Shown here piece by piece: positions 51,916 to 64,000 of a stretch of 64,000 nt of DNA (its first letter is position 1; the number at the start of each line of letters is the position of its first letter). A program made the translations under genes and the position numbers. Source of the DNA: the human T2T-CHM13v2.0 reference genome, Homo sapiens; NCBI RefSeq assembly GCF_009914755.1, contig NC_060929.1. One strand, 5' to 3'. Under the pieces are notes generated by a model, which did no database searches, was not told the origin of the DNA, and was given only the letters and a program-made list of their open reading frames with translations.

Positions 51916-52459
51916 TTTGGAGGAAGTCTCTTACTTGCTTGGGTCCCACAGCTGTCTCGGCCATTCTTGACCGTTCATGTTCCTTTGGAGGAAGTCTCTT
52001 CCTTGCTTGGGTTCCACAGCTGTCTCAGCCATTCTTGACCATTCATGTTCCTTTGGAGGAAGTCTCTTCCTTGCTTGGGCTCCGCAGCTGTCTCAGCCAT
52101 TCTTGACCGTTCATGTTCCTTTGGAGGAAGTCTCTTCCTTGCTTGGGTTCCACAGCTGTCTCAGCCATTCTTGACCGTTCATGTTCCTTTGGAGGAAGTC
52201 TCTTCCTTGCTTGGGTTCCGCAGCTGTCTCAGCCATTCTTGACTGTTCATGTTCCTTTGGAGGAAGTCTCTTCCTTGCTTGGGTTCCGCAGCTGTCTCAG
52301 CCATTCTTGACCGTCCATGTTGCTTTGGAGGAAGTCTCTTCCTTGCTTGGGTTCCGCAGCTGTCTCAGCCATGCTTGACCGTTCATGTTCCTTTGGAGGA
52401 TGTCTCTTCCTTGCTTGGGTTCCGCAGCTGTCTCAGCCATTCTTGACCGTTCGTGTTCC
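51916..52459. repeat. 68-bp minisatellite, 8 copies
   Basis: Unit tttggaggaagtctcttccttgcttgggttccgcagctgtctcagccattcttgaccgttcatgttcc starting at 51916, 51984 ... 52392. Confidence 0.98.
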
Positions 52460-55400
52460 TAGATGGTGCTTAGAATCACTTCATAACATTTCCAACTATG
52501 AATCTGGGAAAGGCCAACCTCTCGATTATACCCAGCTTCCCATGAGGACAGCATTTGTGTCTTCATTTGTGATCACTTTCTTCCTATCATTAATCAGGTA
52601 CAATTTCCTTCCAATGGGTCCATTGTCTTGTCAGGACTATTCCAGGTATTCTACATTTTTGGTTACTACCATAATGGAAATTTTCTCTCCCTGTTTTCCC
52701 CACTACCAAGGCTGTTGTTTTTGGTTCACACAGAAGCTACTGATTTTTTAAACAATGGTCTGATATTTGGCCACATCACCAGACTCCTCTCCTAACTCTA
52801 CAAGTTGTACCGTGGATTCTTTTAGGTTTTCCCGACACATGATTAACAGCAAACAATAAGAATTTGTCTCTGCTCTTTTCCAATACTAGTTTCATGTCAC
52901 ATACAAGTATCTAGGATTTTCAGAACCACAGTAACTAGTTTATGGGTCTTTTTTGTTTGTTTGTTTCCAAGACTATCTCCAGGGCAGTGCTCCCCAGAGC
53001 AGGTTCAGCAGGCTGCGGATCTGCTGAGCAAGAAGCTTCCGTGGAGAAAGTTTTCAGAGACCACCTGTACTGCTCGGACTCTCGGAGGTACACCATGCAC
53101 AGCTCCACAGGAAAGTCTCCGGGAAATTTCACCCCCAGGAATGCCCATTTTCCTTTGTTTGACCAGCATTTTCCAGACTTCTTTGACCTTGGGACCCCTC
53201 TATAGTCCTCTGTAACATCTACTCATATCCTAAGAATTCGCTGTGCAGAACACTTTTAGGGAAATGTGCTTCTTTTTCCGCCTTTAAATACAATCTTGGT
53301 TGTCCTGTTGCCCTCTGTTACTAGTTTTCTGGGGATCTGGAAAAGGAGGAGTGCCCTGTGAGGGGCTATGGGGCCGTCACGCCCTTGCCCTGCCAGAGGC
53401 TTCAACACTGGAGCCCTGAGGCCTCTCTCCCAGGCTCCCCCTAGGCAGCAAGCTCCTCATGCCTGCAGTTGCTTCTGCTACCCCCAGCTCCAGACCCCGC
53501 AGGGCTCCAGACCCACATCCACATCTTCTTGGCCTCCTCCGCTGGGATGGCACCAGGTACCTCTAACTGCACATCTCAGCTGACCTCTTCAGCTTCCCTC
53601 CTGTGCTCCCCAATCTCAGGGGTTGATACCATCATCTACCCAGCTGAGAGTCTCTCCGCCTTCACCCACCTAGTGCCACATCCTCTCGAAGTGGCCTCCT
53701 CTGTCCTCCTGTCTGTATCCCTGGACCCAGGCCTGGTCCCAGTCCAGCTGCCAGCATCCCCCATTTGATGGCAGTGACTGTCTCCTAAGCCACTGCTCCC
53801 ACCTGCCCCTTCTGCACACAGGAGCCAGTGATCTTCTTAGAAATGCACATGGGATCGTGTCACTGCTTAAAGCTGCCCTCATGGGCAAGCCAAACCCCTT
53901 GGCGGGAGACGCAGGTCTGCTCTGCTCCTTGCGATCGGCTCCTTCCGACGTCTTTGGCATTGGGTCTGCTGTTCCTGTCCCTGTGCTCGTCCCTCTGGGT
54001 TCAGCTGCCCTCCCTCCCCTCCCAGCCTATGAACTCAGAGCATCTCTATGCTGGTGACTTCACTGGACCATCTTCAGGTGTGGGTGGAACGGTCACTTCC
54101 TCCCGTTGCTTTTCCTGACCTTGTAAGGAAAGACTGCCTGACCCGCGTCTCCTCCATCCAGCCCTGAGCCCTGGTACAATTGTTTCCTTGTCTAGATCTG
54201 CCTTCTGGAAGCGGTCCCCTGAGGACAGAGACTATGCCAGTGAATATTCCCAGCACAGCACTTCCCACACAGAAGCCCTTCAAACAGTATTTGTTAGAGG
54301 ATGAGTTTTGTCATTTGGAAACTGATGTGATGAACTGTATGAATAGATTTCCTGATATTAAACAATCTCCACATTCCTAGGATAAGCCCTAGATGATCAC
54401 GGTAGAAGTTTCTCTTTATACATTATTCAATTAAACTCTTAATGCCTTGGGATTTTTACTTCTATTTTTAGAAGTGAGACAGGTCTGTACTTTGTCCTGA
54501 TGGGCTACCTTTGGCATCTTTGGGTATAAGGGTCCCATTGACTACGAAAGACACATTGGGTAGATTTCAGAATACATGAGTTTACAGGGTATTGTATTAG
54601 TCTTGCCTGATAAATGCTTGCAAATGAGTATGAATGCACTGGCAAAACTTTGGAAAAGGTGAAGAACTTGAGTTCCCTCCATGGTTATGGGACTTATGGC
54701 ATATTCTCCATTTTTTGGAGTCAGCTTTGAAATATTCACATCCCAGGAAATCCTCAATTTCCCCAGGATCTCCGTGTCCCTGGCATAGAGATCCTCAAAT
54801 TCTCACCTTCAGGGTTTGACTCTCTTCTGCAAATGTTCTGACTGTGATCACATACTCCTTCTACCTACCTGAGGCAGTTAAGGAAAAAAAAAGAAAAAGA
54901 AAAAGAAAAGGCTTAGGGTCGGGATAATTTAGCATAGAGCCTGCTAAGGAGTAATTAATAAAGGAGGCTTTATTCCATCAAGTACTCAAGACTGGGAAAG
55001 AGCAGACACTTTTCAGGCCAAATAAGATCCAAAGCTTTGCCAGCACTGGTAAGCAATTAACCCTAGTCAATTACAAAATTCTTCTTTTTAAACAATGTAG
55101 GAGCAACCTGGGGGAAAATGCAAGCCGCCACCTGGCACCCAGACCAATCAATGGGATAATCTTTTCTCCCCTTTCTAGCCCCAGGACCAGGAGTTTCCCA
55201 TTTTTGGAAACTTCCAAAAGAGGATATAACTCTGTCCATCTCTCATGCCAAAGGCTTGAGAATTCCTAAAACACCAGAGGATCCTGGCCAGGAAGGGACA
55301 GGCTGGAAAGACCCGGCTTGGGGAAGGCCGGAACAGGGAACTCCACTGGAGGCAGGCAGCCAGCCACATGGGATAGTCCAAAGATCCCCCCCCACCTCCC

Positions 55401-55914
55401 CGCCTGTGAATGGAGAGCTGGAACCGGATTGCTGGGCTGGGGCCCACCCCCAGGCTCTGCATCTGTCCAAAGCCCCCTGCCACAAACCTGGGATAGAGGG
55501 CTCAGCGAGCCTCTCTCTGCCCTCCTAGCCAGCATTCACTGGCAGAGGATGCCCTGCACATCCCTCCTCCACTGATCATCCCTGGACCTCCGAAGTGGCC
55601 GGCTGCAGAGAGCCTCCCAACAGCTTCCTAGTGGGCAGATGGCCCTGCATGCTTTCCTTTCTGCCAGGAGAAGTATCTTTTTGTAGTCACATTACATATA
55701 CTCTTTCTGATCTTTTAGTTTGTGCCTTCTCTCTTTTTTTCTAGATTAAATAGGTCAGAGGGTTGCTTTTTCCAAAGCTCTCTTCTTCATTGATTCTATG
55801 TGTTTCTTCCATTTTCTAATTTATTGATTTCTGCTTTTTCTGAACTATTTCCTTATTTTTGCTTTCCTTAAGTTTTTGGTTTTGTTGCTGTTGAAATTCA
55901 TTCAAATGTACTGA

Positions 55915-56365
<451 letters not shown>

Positions 56366-57079
56366 CCTAGTAGGTTTTTTTTTTTTTTTAATGTTTTCAA
56401 ATGAATTGGATTTTTTTAGGTTTATAAATTCTGCTGCCCCCACCCCTACTTTTAGGCATTTCATCAGCGAACATGGACAAAATCGTTTTAGCTGTATAAA
56501 ATTCACAATATTTTCTTTATGACCCAAAACACTTCTGTAATTTTTAAGTGTTCTATGATTCCTCGAAAAGAAGGTTCATCTTTCTTTTTTTCTGTAGGGC
56601 AAGGGAAACAGTGATATAACTACTAATTTAGCTTTACTCATTGTGTCATTCAAAAATTCTATGCCTTATTAGCATCTAATCTGTGAAAGGCTTTTAAAAG
56701 TGTATTAGAGACTCTCATAGTTAGGTTTTTGCCAATTTCCCCTTTGTTCCAAGGATTTGTTTTGGGATGTTTTGTGTTCTCTTGGGGTACACGAAGGCCT
56801 GCAACTGGCATCCGCCCTGTGGGTGCCTTCGGTCACTGTGGAATGAGGTGCTTGGTGGGTGTAGGGAAGTGGCCCCAAATCTACTTAGTATTCCTGGGAT
56901 CCCTTCTGCCACCGGAGTCCTTCGTCATCATTTTTACATCGTGTGCCTTATAAGTTGTATGCAGTTTGATTTTATTTTTTGAGACTGAGATTCTCTTTGA
57001 ACAGAGTTCAACTTTTATATAATTATCTGATGTATTTGATCCTATTATGATTTGATTTTCTATGCACAGCCAGACCACA

Positions 57080-57290
57080 GGCTCGAATTCTGCTGTCTGG
57101 GTAAGAAGCCTGACTCCTCGGGTGCTGGATGGCCCTGGCTGCTTACCTGGGCATGTCACTAAGTCACATTAAGCCTCGGTGTTCTTATCTGTGAAATGGG
57201 CAGAGTCACAGTGTGCACCCCTCCATCTGCCCTGTAGATTAAGGGCATTCATCCATACAAAGTGCTTCCCACACGGCTGGTACAGGCACT
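57080..57290. mobile_element. MIR fragment
   Basis: aagcctcggtgttcttatctgtgaaatggg. Confidence 0.55.
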
Positions 57291-57544
57291 TTGCAGTCTA
57301 CACGGGCCGTACCGTGGGGCTCCTCTCTTCCTCTGTCTGCACAGCATCCCGTGTTGCCATCCCAGGTCACTGTCCCTGGCGGCTACACACCCATGCACAC
57401 CGCCAGGAAAGGACGTCCCAGGTTTGGCTGCAAGAGGAAGTGGGACGGGCAAGAGAGCCCAGCTGGGACAGCAGCCGAGGCCAGAGGAGAGGAGGCCACA
57501 GATTTAATACGGGGGCAGAAGTCCAAGGGAGGGTCGTGTTAACC

Positions 57545-58000
57545 ACGTGTTTCTGATGCTTTGACATCCGAGCCTTGCTGACTCTGGAGGGACTGCCCCG
57601 CTAAGTGGTAACCAATCTTTAGAGACAGGAAACAACTCATCCATGAGCACATTTTTCAGATACAAACCAACCAATCCAGCGCCCATGTCCCCAGCCACCT
57701 CCTTTATCAGACTTCACACTCTGAGCCACTATCCCCCTGCCCTCATTACCCAGAAAACTAACTCAGGACCGCTCCACTCCCCAGAGCCCACTGGAATTAT
57801 TCAAACTGGCCAACCTTAAGCCAGCTCACCCTGTCCCCATCGGTCCTTCCTGCAGAAACAACATGGACTCAGGCTGCTGTTTACCCAACTCCCTCTGCCT
57901 CCTGACCACCCCTGGTGCCTCCCTGTGTGGCCCCCGTGGCCTGGTATGTCTCTTCCTCTTGGGATCTGGGAGTAACAGACTCTTTTCAGTGAACAATAGT
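57545..58000 (+). mobile_element. MER39/MER34-like LTR
   Basis: ctgatgctttgacatc...caaaccaaccaatccag...ccagagcccactggaattattcaaactggcca. Confidence 0.65.
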
Positions 58001-58191
58001 AATGGCCACATTTTAAAACAAGGGGTGAAAGGGAGCAGGGTTCTTGTTTCTTATAGGAACCTCAGGGGAGCCAGGGAGAGGCAGGGTGGTTCTGGCAAAC
58101 GCACACACTCTCCAAGGAGGCCCATGCCTCACTCCCAGGCCCCTCACTCCGAGGGGGTGGAGGCAGGCCCGGCTGGCCACAGTGCACTCAC

Positions 58192-58275
58192 CTTTCCATA
58201 GCTCAGGAGGATGATCCGCACCAGGACCACGTTGATGTGGGCACCCAAGGACTCGTCATGGTAGATTTCATTGAC
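58192..58275 (-). CDS. ADAMTS2: ADAMTS2 exon 5 (84 nt), metalloprotease domain
   Basis: tttcag|GTC...AAG|gtgagt; [28 protein letters not shown] (not in ORF track). Confidence 0.96.
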
Positions 58276-60929
58276 CTGAAAGAAACAGGGAGGCATCAGC
58301 GGGAACCACAGGCCCTAGGACTGGCTCTGGCTCTGCCAATGGGATGACCCCCACCTGCTCCTTCTTCTTCCCATGCTTTCCACCCAGGCGTCACCATCAA
58401 CTAGGAGCCACCTTGTGACCCCTCCCTCATTGCCCCCTGCCCTCTGCCTCTCCAGGCTGCCACCACCACCTGCTGGGATCACTGTAGCCCCTTCCTGAGC
58501 AACCCCACCCACCAGCCCAGGGATTCCTCACCTGGGGCCTGAACATGGAACGTGGGCAGGGAAAGCAGCCCTACGCTTGCTGTAGCCTCCAGCTGAAACA
58601 CAACCTTCCCTTCAACAGTGAACGTGGGTGATGGACCCCCGCGGCACAGGCAGGGCTGGGACCGGCCCTGGCAGAAGTCACTCCAAGCTATAGCTGGTGG
58701 GTGTGGGGATTACCTACCTGCATCGCTACTTGGAAATGGGGGCGGTTCTAGGCCCACCACCAGGTATAATGTTTTAACGTGTTAATAAAAAGCTCATATT
58801 ACTGCATCCCCAATGTGCTCTCCCTGTTCTGTTTTGATGGCTGGAGCTCCTGCAGTCGCCGTCTCTGTATTTATCACAATCATATTCTTACACGTGTTTC
58901 ATTCTTCACATTTAAAACCATTATTCTGAGCAGGTGCCAATGGGCTTCAGCAGATATCAAAGGGACCCGTGGCACAAAAACAGGGGGGTGAACTCCCCTT
59001 CTACAGAACACAGCCAGCAAGACCCTCCAGAAACATAGGTCAGGTTATCCCGGGCTCGAGGCTGTCAGGGGCTTCCTTCGCACTGAGCCCCCACCCTCCA
59101 GCTTCCCACCGCACACACCCAGGGCCCTCCCTAGCGCAGCCCCCTTCCTGTCACCTCCTTTGTTGGTTAACCAAACCCCACTCCTCCTCGAGGCCAGCTC
59201 AGCAGTCACTTCCCCCTGGAAGGCCCCCCGCAGGCCTGAGCCGCCCCTCATCAAGCACAAGGTGTGTTATTTCTGGAGCCCTCTGTGTGCCCCTGTGGGC
59301 TGGGCAGCCACCTGCATCCTCCCTGCTTGCACGCCCAGAGCCAGGCTAAGCAGCACCTGGCAGGCACTCAGGGATACCCGCTGAAAGGCTGAAGCCATTG
59401 GCACCATCAAGAAGTGGAGAAACAGGGACTGGCTGTGTGCAGACCGAGCCCAGGGGCTGCTGACAGCTCCGGACATGTCCAAGACATACTTCCCGGAGCC
59501 TGCTGCCACGTCAGGCCAGCACACACTCCCTGCACTCCAATCTGTAGAGCCTGCATCTGAGCAACAGTGATTGCTACCTCAAAACAGTGGGAAGGCACCT
59601 CAGGAAACCCGAGGGTTCACAAGGAGAATGACATCATGATGGATGGGTGGACAGGCATACAGGGCGTGCAAGACAAGGATCCCGAGGCCCGCTGGCATCG
59701 GTGCTGGGAACAAAGATGGCACCGATCGTGGGGCAGAGTTCATGACATGTGGACCCTGCTGAGGGTACCATCCAGCCCAAACGCAGCTCCTCTTGGCAAC
59801 TGCTGCCCAGCAAATCTACATCTGATTGTAAATGGGCTCCCCACAACTCCCACCTCTCTTTCCTATAGGCAAGGGACAACTCATCAGACCCACGGGAGCG
59901 TGGCTGGTCACCGTGGCTCCGGGCTGTAGGCGTCTGGGGAGGGTGGGTCAGCAACCCCTGTAGGCGCTGAGGGTTATCCTCTAGACCCCCAGTGACCCAT
60001 CTCGCCCCTGTGGCTGACAAGATGGAGCTCCGAGGAGGGCACCCAGGTCCCCAGGAAGCCTTGCCATTTGGTCATCGCCCTCCGTTTCCTCTGTAAAATG
60101 AGGATTGCAGTCCCCCCATCACAAAGCTGTTGTGGGGATGAAACCGCCATGCAGGTGCAATGGAATGGTGCTTGTGCAAACAATGAAACGGTTTTTCATT
60201 GCTGGTAAACCATAGTGCCCTGCAGCTCCCTGTGAGGTCCTGGGGGTAGGGTATGCACCCCTAAACCACAGAAGTCCTTGCCCAGCTTTGAGGGTCAGAC
60301 TAGATTGTTTAGTCCACGCTGGCACAGTAGCCTTAAAAGCCAGTTTTTCTTAAGAGAGAAGGGGTTTCTGTAATTGTCCACAGTATTGCTTTCTCTATCA
60401 CGACAAAGCTTGGCCAGCTTGGCTCATGGAGTCTGACCGAGGGAAGGTCCCACTGCAGCTGAAGGGAGCAGAATAGGAGAGAGGAGAAAGGCCAGGGATG
60501 AGGGGCCAGGCTTCTCCTCATCCTCAACCCCAACCTCACAGGTCATACAGAACAGTCCTGACATCTGAGAAGGAAGGAAATGCAAAAGAGCTTGATCCTG
60601 GCTGCTGCCTGGGACCTGAGAGGGGACAGGTTCCTAGCAGTAGGAGTGGCTTCCAGGGCCCAACTGGTGGCCCAGCCTGCTCAGGCCTGAGAGGGTGGCC
60701 CAGCTCCCAGCTGTGTGTAGCAGATGCCAGGGTCCCCTGCACCCCAGAGACACATGGGCAAGATAGTTGGGGACTGGCTTGCAGGTTTACCTGGCTCTAG
60801 GGGGCACCACCAGGCTTCAGGGCAAGCCCAGGGGGGCACTGGCCTACAGGAGAGGAGGGCAGGCCTGCTTGCAAGGCTACTGCAGAGGGGACTCATCCCT
60901 ACTGCCCCCCACCAGGCCTCTGCCTGCAA

Positions 60930-61230
60930 ATGGGGCTTTTGGGAGGTAATTAGGGGTAGATGAGTTCATGGGGGTGGGACCCTCATGATAGGGTTAGTGT
61001 CCTATAGGAACAGACACCAGAGAGCCTGCATCCTCTCTCTCTGCCGTGGGAGGACCCAGCAAGAAGGCGGCTGTCTGCAAACCAGGAAGAGAATCCTCAC
61101 TGGGGAATGACCCAGCTGGCAACATGATCTTGAAATTCCCAGTCTTCAGAACTGTGGGAAATGAATTCCTGTGATTTAAACCCCTGGGTCTATGGCATTT
61201 TGTTATACCAGCCCAAGCGGAATGAGACAA
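60930..61230 (+). mobile_element. MaLR LTR (MLT1A-type), 5'-truncated
   Basis: ctttgggaggtaattaggg...aaggcggctgtctgcaaaccaggaagag...ctatggcattttgttata. Confidence 0.85.
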
Positions 61231-61350
61231 AGGCTTTATGGGGAAGAGACTGAGCCACCTCCCACAGGCCAGACTGCAGCCTTCCTTCTATCCTGGGGCT
61301 GAGTGCCCGAGATGAGGGCAGCACCAGATATAGGAACGAAAGAAAGCCCT

Positions 61351-61728
<378 letters not shown>

Positions 61729-64000
61729 TCAGCACAGCCACGGGCCCCTCACAGGCTCTCAATGGGACTTCTCAAACTAAACTGACCCTGGCCTCTTGTG
61801 CAGCCCACCACACCCTGGGACCCAGAATGGCCTGGGCGAGCCTGACCTGGTCTCTCCTTCCCCACTGGGCTGAGGCTGGCACCCAGCAGACCCAGCAGAA
61901 CCACTGCCTCACCATGAATTGTGGCTCTGAGTAGATCAGAGCCAGCCCTCCTGCCAGGAGGCGGAGAGGGACACTCAGATGCTACGAGACCAGCTCCAGG
62001 ATCACCGGCCTCGAGGGAAAGGCAGGGAACCAGAGGATATATTAGTGGGAATCTGCCCACTGGGGCCTGGAAGGACGTGGCATGTCATGAGACCTGAGAA
62101 ACAGAACAGGGTAGCTCAGCAAAGCAGGGATGGCGCTCCTGGCAGAGGAGGCAGCCCATGCAAACCTCCCAGGGTTGGAAGCAGCGAGGCACCTTCCAAG
62201 CACAGAGGGGATGTGGAAGGGATGCCCCAGCAGAGGAGGTGGGAGGGGAGCACTGAGGCCAGACCACGAAGTCAGGAGAAGGATTCCAAATCCTCTCTAA
62301 GAGCAGTGGGAGGACATGGAGGAAGGATGATGGCGGGGCATTTAAGAAGCTTACTCCAGGTGCCTTACGGAAAGTAGATGGAAGGGGTCAAGATGTGGGA
62401 ATGTGGGGTTCAGCTTTGGGGATGAGTGCAGAGAAGGGACGGATGTGAGGGATGATGTGGATTGGAATAGGGGTCATCTGCCCCGCCTGAGCAGGGAGAG
62501 GCTGGGGCTCTGGAAGGGCATTCCGGCAGCTCCCACAGGGCGGAGGGAGGAGATGCGGGGCTGGCCCTCTCCTGGCTCCTGGCCAGGCCCTGCCCCTCAG
62601 GACGCAAGATCTTCCCACTCTCCTAGCCCTACCCCTGGGGCCGAAGGTGGCAGCTCTCATCTCAAGAAGGAATCTTGTGTCCTTCTGAACATTGAGCAGA
62701 TCTAATCCTGCTCCCTGATTTGGGACAGGAGGTGACCAACCACTCCAAAAGCCCCGTCGCTGGGCATGGAACTCCCTGGGATAGACCGTCAGCCTCACAT
62801 TCTGCTTGGAGGTGGGGTCGAGGCAGCTGAGCCCTGGGGTGTCAGGCTGCTAGGCGTGGGCCCCTGGCTGGGGAGCTCCACTGTGGGCTGTCCGCCAGCA
62901 GCCAGCTCCCACCTCCTGCGCTGGGTGCCCTGACCCTGGCCTCTGGAAGCCTCAGATGGTTCGGAGATTAACTGGGGCTCCCTGGCTGCTGAGGAGCTAG
63001 AGAGGGCATGCCTGCAAATGCTCCCAGCAGGTAGCCAGGGAGAAGGAGGCCAGGCCGCAGCCAAGGCCCCCTCAGCCCTCCCTCCCTGGTAGCCTTCAAC
63101 TGTGGTGCGCTCTCCCTGATCCTCTCCCCAGGAAACCTCTGTCCCTTCCTCCCTTCCACACCAGCACAGCACATAGTTCCCCAGGCATGCCCACTCTCTG
63201 GGAGGCAGGCCTGAGCAAGGCCGTGGTGGGGCTTGCGATGGCCTCCTGGCTCCTCTGGGTGGCTGCTGGGCCTGGGATCCTGCTCCGGAGCCCTCAACTT
63301 GGCCCCCTCCCAGGCCAGGTCTCAGCAGCCCCTCCCAGCAGTCAGGAACCCCATGGGGCACTGTGGCCCAGAGACCACTGACCACTGGCCTGGGTGGTTC
63401 TCCTGCCCCTGCGTGTGCTATGGCAAAGTCCAACCCACAGTCCGGGGCCGGGCTCCTTCTGCTGTCCAGCCTCTCAGTCCCCGTAGGTTAATATGATACA
63501 TCAGGAACAGACATGGGGGGCAGGCAGGGTTTGTGGGGCATGTGAGAGGCAGGGGTGCTCCACAGTGTCCTTGTCCTCCGTGGGCCTGAGGAGTGAGCCC
63601 CGTCCTGCCCCCTCTACCATCCCAGGGCTCTACCTGCTTTTCAGGAGGCTGCAAAATTGCCAAAATTTCCTGCCCAGCCCTGGCCAGAGGCCTGCAGGGC
63701 CCACCTGGGCATGGGAACCACTGGGAGTAATCAGTGTAATTCCCGACAAAACACTGGCGTCCTCAGTAAGGACACAGCGGCAACATTTCTGCAGAGCAGA
63801 GAGTCGACTGATGTGGCAAAAAGAGCAACTGAAGACAGAAGGCGACCTCCACATGCCTGCCTCCTGCACATCCCCCTCCTCCCCCGGCCCCACCCACTTT
63901 CTCTGCCAGACAGGAGACAGGCGGTAGGGCTCCCCAACGGTCCCCCTCGTGTCCTCCCCACCCCCCCACCCACACACACCATTCTTCACTACGATCACCA

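Noticed and set aside
51916-52459. CRISPR-like periodic array and staggered 65-aa ORFs
   Set aside because: Units are contiguous with no unique spacers and there are no cas genes in this eukaryotic DNA; the ORFs arise because 68 is not divisible by 3, so a TGA recurs every third unit in each frame

Overview
Primate, almost certainly human, genomic DNA, rich in Alu, L1, MaLR and MER repeats. It covers the middle of the ADAMTS2 gene (procollagen N-proteinase) on the minus strand. I located 15 consecutive coding exons (5-19 of the canonical transcript; numbering from memory). All have GT-AG boundaries and splice into one continuous frame covering the metalloprotease (HETGHVLGMEH), disintegrin-like, TSR1, Cys-rich, spacer, TSR2 and TSR3 regions. 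An Alu-derived alternative terminal exon ([23 protein letters not shown]) for the short isoform lies in intron 10. There are no prokaryotic features, CRISPR arrays or RNA genes, and almost all other listed ORFs are chance, Alu or tandem-repeat ORFs. I found no convincing new gene system. The most unusual signals are: a 210-bp tandem duplication copying most of exon 19 and its splice donor; an Ig-switch-like G-rich/AGCT minisatellite; a 68-bp x8 VNTR carrying ETS and E-box motifs; a mosaic junction inside an old L1; an intronic CpG-rich CTCF site; and a perfect 34-bp palindrome. Repeat family names come from recalled consensus sequences and their boundaries are approximate.
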